The translations under genes and the position numbers were made by a program. Source: an uncultured Clostridia bacterium (GTDB taxonomy: Bacteria; Bacillota; Clostridia; Christensenellales; UBA1242). Taken from it: a stretch of DNA of 32,000 nt. Where the stretch lies: NCBI GenBank assembly GCA_944372365.1, contig CALVYP010000001.1, positions 155,691-187,690 on the forward strand, read 5' to 3'. The notes beneath the pieces are model-generated. The model was not told the DNA's origin. It saw only the letters and a list, made by a program, of their open reading frames with translations, and did not search any database. Numbering within the stretch: position 1 is the stretch's first letter; each line of letters opens with the position of its first letter. Shown in pieces: positions 1-7,891 of the stretch.

Positions 1-105
1 TCTTCTTTGCACAGCGATTGTAAATCTGCAAACCGAAACTCCGCCGTTTGTGGTTGCAAGTTCAGGATCTTTTGAAAGATTTCCAATTAAAATAACTTTG
101 TTCAT
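1..105 (-). CDS. ssb: Single-stranded DNA-binding protein, N-terminal fragment (runs off window edge)
   Basis: Minus-strand translation from the ATG at 105-103 gives MNKVILIGNLSKDPELATTNGGVSVCRFTIAVQRR, a typical SSB OB-fold N-terminus. It lies directly downstream of rpsF, as in the conserved rpsF-ssb-rpsR operon. Confidence 0.8.
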   Translation of the reverse strand, partial: MNKVILIGNLSKDPELATTNGGVSVCRFTIAVQRR

Positions 106-123
106 AACTTTCTCCTATTCGTG

Positions 124-405
124 TTAGATTCTAACAAATTGATGACGCATAATGCCGTCGGTGATGTTCATAAGTTTGCTTATTGGGTCAACTTCTGCTG
201 CTGGAATTTGCGCTTTGATGAGAACATAGAAACCTTCATTTTTAAAGTTGATTGGATATGCAAGTTTTTTCATACCCCACTTTTCTACGCCTTCAACATT
301 TCCGCCTTTTGACGAAATAAGAGATTTAAATTTTTCAATAATTTGCTCTCTTTTTTCTTCGCTAGCGTCAGGTGCAATAATAAAAAGCAACTCATATTTA
401 GGCAT
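124..405 (-). CDS. rpsF: 30S ribosomal protein S6
   Basis: The ORF translation MPKYELLFIIAPD...WGMKKLAYPI..GFYVL is typical of S6. I moved the start to the third in-frame ATG (405). GGAGG lies 8 nt upstream of that ATG but only 2 nt from the first one (411). Confidence 0.92.
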   Translation of the reverse strand: MPKYELLFIIAPDASEEKREQIIEKFKSLISSKGGNVEGVEKWGMKKLAYPINFKNEGFYVLIKAQIPAAEVDPISKLMNITDGIMRHQFVRI

Positions 406-478
406 AATCATTTCCTCCTTTTGGACAAATTTGGCTCAACTCCATAGGCTGAGCAAGGATTTTTTTATCGACTGGCAT

Positions 479-507
479 AGTATAACACAAAAATTTTGAA
501 CATGCAA
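479..507 (-). promoter_or_regulatory. Putative sigma-A promoter of rpsF operon
   Basis: On the minus strand: TTGCAT (507-502), a 17-nt spacer, then TATACT (484-479). This sits about 70 nt upstream of the rpsF start. Confidence 0.45.
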
Positions 508-520
508 GCAAAAGTTTTTA

Positions 521-552
521 GAAAAATAAAAAAAGTGGTTTTATCCACTTTT
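521..552 (-). terminator. Weak intrinsic terminator closing the secA / GC-rich-element transcript
   Basis: Stem aaaagtgg (531-538) / ccactttt (545-552) with a 6-nt loop. On the minus strand it is followed by a T-rich run (tttatttttc). The stem is A/T-rich, so it is weak. Confidence 0.4.
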
Positions 553-559
553 TAGTCTT

Positions 560-846
560 CTAAACACCAATCCCCCATGACAGAAAATAAGTATTTTTAT
601 TTTTAATTTTGAGTATTTTTGTCGGCGAAATGGCATTGCGAGAGAGCATTGTGCCTTTTTAAAATCCTGGAGTCAAATTTTCATGAGGCAAAGGCTGCGC
701 CTGTTCATGAAAATTTGCGAACACCTATTCAGCGCCAGGCGAGTCCAGAGGCGAACCCAGCGGGACGGAAAGAGGCTCGTGGGAGAAAACGGCGAGCCGC
801 TGTTAGGCGCAGCCGTGCCAGCGAGTGCGAGTTGGTGTCCCCCGCG
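560..846 (-). ncRNA. Unclassified G+C-rich structured element (candidate ncRNA, structured secA 3' UTR, or MITE-like insertion); strand assignment tentative
   Basis: No credible ORF. Positions 619-846 are visibly G+C-rich against AT-rich flanks. There are several stems, including a perfect 13-bp inverted repeat at 674-686/705-717 and a long-range complement at 564-570/832-838. A minus-strand terminator follows at 521-552. Confidence 0.3.
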
Positions 847-3558
847 TTATTTCCCGCAGCAGTTTTTATACTTCTTACCGCTGCCGCAAGGACAAGGCTG
901 ATTTCTGCCAACCTTAGGCAAATCATTTACCACGGTTTTTTGCACGAATGGTTTTTCGTCTTTTGTTTTTTCCTGCACAGGCTGCTCTTTTCTTGCAATC
1001 GGCGTGAAAGTTGGCTTTTTAACCGGCTTTCTTTCGCCCTCAACCTGAAAATGGCTTACAAGCAAAATTTGGCAAGTGGTTTTTCTGATTTTTTCAATCA
1101 TATCTTCAAAAAGCTCAAAGCCTTCTTTTTTGTATGCCAAAACTGGGTCTTGATTGCCATAGCTGCGCGACATCATTTCATTTTTCATGATTTGCATGTC
1201 ATCGATGTGATTCATCCAATGCGCATCAACAACTTTAAGCATAACAAATCTTTCAATGTTTTCAAAGTTGATGTTAAGCTCTTTGGCTTCTTCTTCGCGC
1301 TGAGCGTAACGCTTGTAAATAAGTTGCAAAATCTTTTCTTCAACATCCGCGGCATCGCAATCTTCAACAAATTTTTCATCAACAATATTGCTGCCCTTTT
1401 CAAACCAACCGCGCTCTAACTCGGCGTTGATTGGTGCAAGATCCCATTCAAAATATGGCTTATCATCATCTATGGTTTCTTGCACAATATTGTGAATCAA
1501 CCCTGGAAACATGCCCAAAATTTGCTCGTGCATTGGCAAGCCATCAAGCACCTTGTTGCGCTCTTCATAAATAATCTTTCTTTGAGCGTTCATCACGTCG
1601 TCAAATTGCAAAACCGTTTTTCTGGTTGAAAAGTTTTGAATTTCAATCTTCTTTTGTGCCGCCGAAATTTGCTTTGTTAAAATTTTAAGCTGAATTGGCG
1701 TTGACTCGTCAATTTTGAAAACCTGAGCAATTTTTTTCAATCTTTCTCCGCCAAAGCGCTTTAACAAATCGTCTTCAAGCGACAAGAAAAACACGCTTGA
1801 ACCTGGGTCGCCCTGCCTTGCCGCACGGCCGCGCAACTGATTGTCAATTCTTCTTGACTCGTGCCTTTCTGTGCCAACAATGTGCAAGCCGCCAAGCTTG
1901 ATTACTTCTTGTTTTTCGGCATCGGTTTGCTTTTTAAATTCGGTGTAAAGCTGGTTGAACCTTTCGCGAGCTTTGTTTAACTCGTCGTCGTCGACATAGT
2001 TGAATGCAGTGGCATAAGAAATCTGTTCATCGGTGAATTTTTCGTCCTGCATTTTCTTTTTTGCCATAAATTCTGGGTTTCCGCCAAGCAGAATGTCTGT
2101 TCCTCTGCCCGCCATGTTGGTTGCGATTGTGACAGCGCCTTTTCTGCCCGCCTGTGCAACGATTGCGCTTTCCTGTTCGTGATTTTTTGCGTTAAGCACA
2201 ACATGCTTCACCTTTGCATTTTTAAGCGCTTTTGAAAGCTCTTCTGATTTGTCAATCGTAATTGTGCCAACAAGCACTGGCTGGCCAGCTTCGTTGCAAC
2301 GTTTGATTTCTTCAACAATCGCAATTATCTTGCCCCTGTTTGTGGTGTATACAATGTCAGACTCATCTCTGCGCTTGTTTGGAAGGTTTGGTGGAATGGT
2401 TACAACATCCAAGCTGTAAATTGTTCTAAACTCGCCTTCTTCTGTTTTAGCCGTTCCTGTCATGCCTGAAAGCTTTTTGTAAAGCCTGAAAAAGTTTTGG
2501 AAAGTGATTGTTGCAAGCGTTTTGTTTTCATCCTTAATCTCAACATTTTCTTTGGCTTCAATCGCTTGGTGCAGACCGTCATTAAATCTTCTGCCCGGCA
2601 TCAACCTTCCAGTAAACTCGTCGACGATTATAACTTCGCCATCTTTAACGATGTAGTTATCATCGCGGAACATGATGAAATTGGCTTTTAAAGCGTTGTT
2701 GATGTAGTGGTTGAGCTCTAAGTTTTCAATATCCGACAGATTTTCAACACCAAAAAAGCGCTCGGCTTTTTTAATGCCGCTTTCGGTCATGTTTATCTGC
2801 TTGGTTTTGATGTCGATTTCAACATCGGCGTCTTTTTTTAAGCTTTTTGCAAATTTTTGCGCGTTGATGTAGTTGTCGCTGGATTTGCCGCCGCGCCCGC
2901 TGATGATAAGTGGCGTTCTTGCTTCGTCGATTAAAATTGAATCCACTTCGTCGACAATCGCAAAGTTTTGCCCGCGCTGCATGCGCGATTGTTTTGTAAC
3001 CGCCATATTATCACGAAGATAATCAAAGCCAAGTTCGTTGTTTGTGCAGTAGGTTATGTCGCAATTATATGCGGCGCGTTTTTTATCTTCTGGCATGTTT
3101 GCCACAATAACGCCAACGCTTAGCCCTAAAAATTTGTAAACCTTGCCCATCCATTCGGCGTCACGCTTAGCAAGATATTCATTGACAGTTACAACATGCA
3201 CGCCCTCGCCTGCAAGTGCATTTAAATAGGCAGGAAGAGTTGCAACAAGCGTTTTGCCTTCACCGGTAGCCATTTCGGCAATTCTGCCTTGGTGCAGTGC
3301 GATTCCACCCAAAATCTGCACATAGAAATGGCGCATGTTAAGCACCCTTGCCGATGCTTCTCTTGCAACGGCAAAGGCATCTGGCAAAATATCATCCAGC
3401 GTTTCGCCGTTTGCCAATCTTTGTTTTAAAACTTGTGTTTGAGATTGCAACTGTTCGTCAGTCATCTGCAAGCATTTATCTTCCAGTGCAACAACTTTAT
3501 CTGCAATTTTTTTAAGTTTTTTAATCTGTGATTTGTTCTCGTTTCCAAAAATACCCAT
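847..3558 (-). CDS. secA: Preprotein translocase ATPase SecA
   Basis: 903 aa. Motifs seen: Walker A MATGEGKTL, DEAD-like IVDEVDSILIDEARTPLIISG, TNMAGRGTDI, and the C-terminal zinc motif CPCGSGKKYKNCCG. AGGAG lies 8 nt upstream of the ATG. Confidence 0.97.
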   Translation of the reverse strand: MGIFGNENKSQIKKLKKIADKVVALEDKCLQMTDEQLQSQTQVLKQRLANGETLDDILPDAFAVAREASARVLNMRHFYVQILGGIALHQGRIAEMATGEGKTLVATLPAYLNALAGEGVHVVTVNEYLAKRDAEWMGKVYKFLGLSVGVIVANMPEDKKRAAYNCDITYCTNNELGFDYLRDNMAVTKQSRMQRGQNFAIVDEVDSILIDEARTPLIISGRGGKSSDNYINAQKFAKSLKKDADVEIDIKTKQINMTESGIKKAERFFGVENLSDIENLELNHYINNALKANFIMFRDDNYIVKDGEVIIVDEFTGRLMPGRRFNDGLHQAIEAKENVEIKDENKTLATITFQNFFRLYKKLSGMTGTAKTEEGEFRTIYSLDVVTIPPNLPNKRRDESDIVYTTNRGKIIAIVEEIKRCNEAGQPVLVGTITIDKSEELSKALKNAKVKHVVLNAKNHEQESAIVAQAGRKGAVTIATNMAGRGTDILLGGNPEFMAKKKMQDEKFTDEQISYATAFNYVDDDELNKARERFNQLYTEFKKQTDAEKQEVIKLGGLHIVGTERHESRRIDNQLRGRAARQGDPGSSVFFLSLEDDLLKRFGGERLKKIAQVFKIDESTPIQLKILTKQISAAQKKIEIQNFSTRKTVLQFDDVMNAQRKIIYEERNKVLDGLPMHEQILGMFPGLIHNIVQETIDDDKPYFEWDLAPINAELERGWFEKGSNIVDEKFVEDCDAADVEEKILQLIYKRYAQREEEAKELNINFENIERFVMLKVVDAHWMNHIDDMQIMKNEMMSRSYGNQDPVLAYKKEGFELFEDMIEKIRKTTCQILLVSHFQVEGERKPVKKPTFTPIARKEQPVQEKTKDEKPFVQKTVVNDLPKVGRNQPCPCGSGKKYKNCCGK

Positions 3559-3664
3559 TATAAAACTCCTGATATATTAAGTTTACTAAAATTTTAAATT
3601 TAGTCAAGCATATTAAATGACTAGTTTTGTCTATATGTTAAATCGACAATTATCCTTATAAATG

Positions 3665-3693
3665 TTGACTTTTATCTAATTTTTAATTATAAT
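3665..3693 (+). promoter_or_regulatory. Putative sigma-A promoter of the 1384-aa ORF / ychF operon
   Basis: TTGACT (3665-3670), a 17-nt spacer, then TATAAT (3688-3693). This is 25 nt upstream of the ATG, which is preceded by AAGGAG. Confidence 0.5.
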
Positions 3694-3718
3694 AAACCTT
3701 AGGAAAAAGGAGATCGCT

Positions 3719-6700
3719 ATGGCAAGTACAGGCAAAGAAGTAAAAGAAGTTGATAAGGACATAGATAAGGCTAAAGAAGCCAGCAAAAAATTATATGACA
3801 AGCTTATTCGCAAACATGGTGTAGAGGCCATGTTTGATGAAGACGGCAACACATACTATAAAATCGGCGACGAAGAATATCGCGACAGCAACGCAGATTT
3901 AATAAAAGAAGTTTTAGACGACTTGGATATTAGCGATGTGGAATTATCTGTGCAACCAGACGGCGATGTTAAGCATATGAAACTTGCAAGCGTGTCAAGC
4001 AGCGGCAGATCTTTTAGCGGCGTGTATGTTGACATGGACAGCGACGAAATAGAAAGTTATGCTAAAAAAATAAAAGAAGATGCCGACGCAGCTTTAAAAG
4101 CTGACCCATCTTCTGCGCCAGTAGTTGTTCCTAGCGCTGAAAAAGGCGCTGCCATTTATTATGATCCTGACAGAACCGACGGCAGACCTTTTTATGTTAA
4201 AATATCTGACACGCAACGCCAATATTATTCTCTAGGAGCACTAACCCATTATTATCCATGGTTTGAAACCAACCCACCTGTTGTAAAACGCGAAACAGGT
4301 GATTATTACATGCTCACACTTAATAAAGAGCCAGAAGACGGCTTGCCTGCATCCTATGAATATGTTAAAGTCGACTCTGACGAGATTAAACAGTCTTTTG
4401 ATGTAGACATAGCTCCATCAGCAGTGCCAAGCGTTCCTTCTGCTATTGACGAAACAAAACTTAGTGTAAATGTAAACGACCGCGGTGAGCTGAGATATAA
4501 ATACGGCAGAATAACAAGAAACATGACCGCAGGCGATTTAGAAGGCCCATCTTTCAGGTTTGGAACACAACAACTTGATTCTCTTGTGCTTTCCAAAATC
4601 GACCCAACAGGTGAAGACAAAACAATCCACTACTACTTGTGGAATGGAAAAGAATATGCAAAAGCTGACGCAGAGACATCGCGTTTAATCACAAGCGCGC
4701 GTTTTCTTCCACCTTTGGGCGAGATTCCTTCGCAGCCTGTGCATGTTAAACTTAACAAGAAAAACGGCAACCCTACTTTTGTAGATTCCAACGGCAAAAC
4801 TATCAAAGATGTGGCAGCTTGCTTTGCATCAGGCAAAGTTCCAGAGCCTGTTGTTACAAGAAATATCAACGGTCTTGATTATTATTTTGTGCTTGGCGGC
4901 TTGTCATATCGCCCAGCAACAGCAAGTGAATGTGACATTATTAAAAAATCTCACGAAGCTGCAGCCGCTGCTACAACTGCAGCAGCCACACCAAAAGCCA
5001 CGGCAACTGCACGCTCTCGCGCCAGCAAAACAAGCAAGATAGCAGAGGTTGTCTCTTCCAGCGCCGGCGCTGTTGAGTTTAAAAGCCTTTTCAAATCTAA
5101 GGACAAGACTGGTGCAGAAGCACTTTATGAACAAACAAATCAAATAATCCAAGATGATAAACATTCTGGGCTTGATGTTTTGCTTAAAGTTAACGGCACT
5201 GAAAAAAGCCCTTGCATTATTTGCGTAGAACAAGCTGGCAAGCACTACGCTTTTATACACAACGACATGCTTGACGACAAGTTTAAAGCCAAGGCTATTT
5301 CTGGCCCTGCCGCAAGCACGGATTATTCTTTATATGAAATTGAAACCATCGACATTGTTGATTCTTCTGCCAAGGCAGGCAACGAACGCGGTTTTCAAAT
5401 TAAACTTGCTGGCAGCGACATAACAATCCGCTCCAACGCTAGGGCTATTGAAATTTCTTCCAGCACGGATAAACTTACAGCAACGCCTGCGGACGCCGAC
5501 AAGGGAACTTTTGGGTATGATTTTTCTAAAAAACTCATCGGCGATTGCTTTGATGCAAGCTCTAAATACGCTTCACTGCAAGTTGCTGCAAGAACAAGAG
5601 GCAAACTTGACATAAAACCTGTCAGCCAAGTCACTGACATGTCACCAGAGTTTTTGCTTGCGTTGGCTTATGCATCCGATCCAGCTTCTGCATCGGCAAG
5701 CGCAACGGCTTCTTCAAGCCTTTCAACAACCAAATATGGCGATATCGAGCTTTTGCACATCCCAAAGGTTACAGGCACATCACTGAAAGATAAATCGGCC
5801 GAAGTTGAAAATTCGCCTGTGCTTGTAAGAATGAAACAATCTGCTGGCGACTTTAAATATTATTTCCTTCACAAAGGCAAATTTCAGGAATGTAAGCCAG
5901 CCATTGCAGGCGCTCCACTTGTTTCTTATTCTCGCGATGATGTCAGCAACAAGTTTTATGTGCATTTCAACCAAGCCGGCACATCAGTGACAATGCCTAT
6001 CGACCTGACAATAGAAAACCCTAAAGATCCTAACCCTAAAATTAAAAATGACGAAAGCTATCAGGCTTTAACTGCGATTGATCAATTTATGAGAGGCAAA
6101 GATATAACCCCTCCTACAAACGACGCAGATTTAGATGCAGGAACAAAAACCGAGCCAGGAAGGATCGGCTCTGACATCAAGTTCTTCGCTCTTTCTGACG
6201 AAGCGCGCGAATCCATGGTCTCTGACAGGCTTCGCCGCGATTACTATGATTTAGACGCTGGCATTGCTGCAACAGCAGCGCCAATCGTAGGTGCAGCTCC
6301 AATTGCAGCCGCTCCAACCGCGGGAACAACAGCAGCCACCGCCGGGGCAACAGCTCCAACTGCAGGAACAACACCTGCATCAGCTCCAACTACTGGGACA
6401 ACACCTGCATCAGCTCCAACCACAGGTGCAGCAGCATCTACACCATCTGCGGCTCCATCTGGTGCAGCTCCATCTAGTGCAACTCCATCTGGCGCAGGCG
6501 CTCCACCAATAAGCGCTTCGGCTGCAGGCGCTCCACCAGCAGCACCAGCAGCTCCTGGTTCAACAACAACCTTCACACCTGCTGATAAATCAGCACCACC
6601 TGTTGTTGCATCTTCGTCATCATCTACAAGTTCTTTGCGCCCTATTGTTAAAACATTGGGGCAACTTGGAATAATTGCATCGCTGTTTGTGTTTGCAGCG

Positions 6701-7873
6701 GCAATATTGTTCCCTGCAGTTACCGCAGTTTTAGTTCCTGCCGCTCTTGGATGCTTGGCAGCAGGCGCAGGATTATATTTTGGTTCAAACTTTATTGGTG
6801 ACACCATGAACGCTGGCGCAGTGTTTGATAACGCTATTTCACAACAAAAAAGCAGAAAACGCCACCGTGAAAAAGTTGCTGAAAGATTTATCAAAAGAGA
6901 AAACACTATTAAAAGATTAAGAGACAGAAGCAGCGATCCTTCTATTGATGCAAAAAAGAAAATCAAATTGCTGGAAAGAGCAGATAAGCTTGAAAACACA
7001 AATTATGAAATTCTGGCATCAAGCAACTTTAAGTTGATTGAAAAAATTGAAGAGAAGAAAGCAGAAATTGCTGTGCAGCAAAAACAACTGGCTGAGCCAG
7101 ACAAAGAATTCACAGAAGACGAAATTGACGCAATCAAACAAGAAGCTAGCGACAACTTCTATACTGAATACGCATGCCCTATCGCACAAAGCGTTATGAA
7201 AAGACGCGGCGAAAAATCTGCAAGAAGATTTTTGGCTAAGCGCTCTAAGGAGCAAAGAATTTATATCGTCGATGGTGCTAATGAAGTTCACGAAGCTATA
7301 CAAACCAAAGACTACTCAAACCACCGCGTGATGGGAAAAGGTTTTCCAGCTTGGACGCGAAAACCAGACTTTGCTCAATCCGCTTATCCTGACTATGAAG
7401 ATCTTTACAATCATTCAGAAGCTTCTGCAAATTGGATTGAAGAATTCTCTGACGAATACGGCGCATTGGAAGATGCGTATGCCGCAGCAAAAGCGGCTGG
7501 CGACGATCCAGCAGAATTAAAACGACTGGCAGAAAGAGAACGCGAGCTTGAAATTGAGGCTGCAAGAGCATCAAGAACCTCTGCTCGCACAATCTCCGAT
7601 AAAATTTCGGCAGAACGCGATGCGCGCAAGCTTAAAAAAGCCGCAGCAGCAGGCGCAGCTGCTCCAACAGCTCCTACCCCAACAGCGCCTACTCCAACTC
7701 CAGCTGCACCGACTACACCTACTCCAACTGCACCGACTACACCTACCCCAGCTGCTCCGACCACTCCTACTCCAACTACACCGACCACTCCTACTCCAAC
7801 TACTCCAACCACTCCAACTCCAAAGGGCAAAAGCTCTTCACACAGCTCGTCAGGGCCTATTGTAACACGCTAA
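3719..7873 (+). CDS. Large orphan protein: charged N-terminus, YY-rich repeat region, Ala/Pro/Thr low-complexity tracts, two-helix membrane hairpin, coiled-coil-like region, C-terminal PT repeats
   Basis: Uninterrupted 1384-codon ORF with a strong SD (AAGGAG, 7 nt spacing). Two predicted TM helices: LGQLGIIASLFVFAAAILFPAV and TAVLVPAALGCLAAGAGLYFGSNFI. I recognise no family. Confidence 0.8.
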   Translation: MASTGKEVKEVDKDIDKAKEASKKLYDKLIRKHGVEAMFDEDGNTYYKIGDEEYRDSNADLIKEVLDDLDISDVELSVQPDGDVKHMKLASVSSSGRSFSGVYVDMDSDEIESYAKKIKEDADAALKADPSSAPVVVPSAEKGAAIYYDPDRTDGRPFYVKISDTQRQYYSLGALTHYYPWFETNPPVVKRETGDYYMLTLNKEPEDGLPASYEYVKVDSDEIKQSFDVDIAPSAVPSVPSAIDETKLSVNVNDRGELRYKYGRITRNMTAGDLEGPSFRFGTQQLDSLVLSKIDPTGEDKTIHYYLWNGKEYAKADAETSRLITSARFLPPLGEIPSQPVHVKLNKKNGNPTFVDSNGKTIKDVAACFASGKVPEPVVTRNINGLDYYFVLGGLSYRPATASECDIIKKSHEAAAAATTAAATPKATATARSRASKTSKIAEVVSSSAGAVEFKSLFKSKDKTGAEALYEQTNQIIQDDKHSGLDVLLKVNGTEKSPCIICVEQAGKHYAFIHNDMLDDKFKAKAISGPAASTDYSLYEIETIDIVDSSAKAGNERGFQIKLAGSDITIRSNARAIEISSSTDKLTATPADADKGTFGYDFSKKLIGDCFDASSKYASLQVAARTRGKLDIKPVSQVTDMSPEFLLALAYASDPASASASATASSSLSTTKYGDIELLHIPKVTGTSLKDKSAEVENSPVLVRMKQSAGDFKYYFLHKGKFQECKPAIAGAPLVSYSRDDVSNKFYVHFNQAGTSVTMPIDLTIENPKDPNPKIKNDESYQALTAIDQFMRGKDITPPTNDADLDAGTKTEPGRIGSDIKFFALSDEARESMVSDRLRRDYYDLDAGIAATAAPIVGAAPIAAAPTAGTTAATAGATAPTAGTTPASAPTTGTTPASAPTTGAAASTPSAAPSGAAPSSATPSGAGAPPISASAAGAPPAAPAAPGSTTTFTPADKSAPPVVASSSSSTSSLRPIVKTLGQLGIIASLFVFAAAILFPAVTAVLVPAALGCLAAGAGLYFGSNFIGDTMNAGAVFDNAISQQKSRKRHREKVAERFIKRENTIKRLRDRSSDPSIDAKKKIKLLERADKLENTNYEILASSNFKLIEKIEEKKAEIAVQQKQLAEPDKEFTEDEIDAIKQEASDNFYTEYACPIAQSVMKRRGEKSARRFLAKRSKEQRIYIVDGANEVHEAIQTKDYSNHRVMGKGFPAWTRKPDFAQSAYPDYEDLYNHSEASANWIEEFSDEYGALEDAYAAAKAAGDDPAELKRLAERERELEIEAARASRTSARTISDKISAERDARKLKKAAAAGAAAPTAPTPTAPTPTPAAPTTPTPTAPTTPTPAAPTTPTPTTPTTPTPTTPTTPTPKGKSSSHSSSGPIVTR
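6364..6423 (+). repeat. In-frame 30-bp tandem duplication (GTTPASAPTT x2) inside an Ala/Pro/Thr tract
   Basis: ggaacaacacctgcatcagctccaactact (6364-6393) is followed by gggacaacacctgcatcagctccaaccaca (6394-6423). Confidence 0.85.
7706..7822 (+). repeat. In-frame 24-bp tandem repeat, about 4.9 copies (APTTPTPT units)
   Basis: Units start at 7706, 7730, 7754 and 7778, with a partial unit from 7802. The consensus is gcaccgac(t/c)ac(a/t)cctac(t/c)ccaact. Confidence 0.85.
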
Positions 7874-7891
7874 TTTATATAAGGAAAAATA

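Noticed and set aside
541-549. DnaA-box-like sequences (TTATCCACT at 541-549; perfect TGTGGATAA at 27771-27779), suggesting oriC near gyrB.
   Set aside because: These are isolated single boxes, one inside a terminator stem and one inside a CDS. There is no cluster, no AT-rich unwinding element next to a box array, and no dnaA.
721-800. Partial resemblance of AGCGCCAGG... and ...CGGGACGGAAAGAGGCTCGTGGGAGA to glmS-ribozyme, ykkC (guanidine-I) or cobalamin riboswitch cores.
   Set aside because: Only short fragments match, and the key conserved blocks are absent. On the plus strand there is no downstream gene to regulate because it converges on secA. It is kept only as an unclassified element.
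619-1419. A 266-aa plus-strand ORF, plus shorter ORFs at 683-901 (+) and 729-926 (-), across the GC-rich element and the secA 3' end.
   Set aside because: It is mostly antisense to the well-supported secA CDS. The part outside secA is Arg/Ala-rich translation of G+C-rich non-coding sequence, with a non-ATG start and no SD.
6244-6999. A 251-aa minus-strand Gly/Ala/Val-rich ORF, plus Gln/Leu-rich alternative-frame ORFs (6291-6512, 7548-7865 and 7411-7830 minus).
   Set aside because: These are frame or antisense read-through artefacts of the repetitive GC(A/T)-CC(A/T)-AC(A/T) codon tracts of the 1384-aa ORF. They have no independent start signals.
847-7873. The idea that secA plus the adjacent Ser/Thr/Pro/Ala-rich giant protein form an accessory Sec (SecA2-SecY2) export system.
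   Set aside because: This SecA has the canonical housekeeping C-terminal zinc motif. No secY2, asp or glycosyltransferase genes are present. The giant protein has no signal peptide or serine-rich-repeat organisation.
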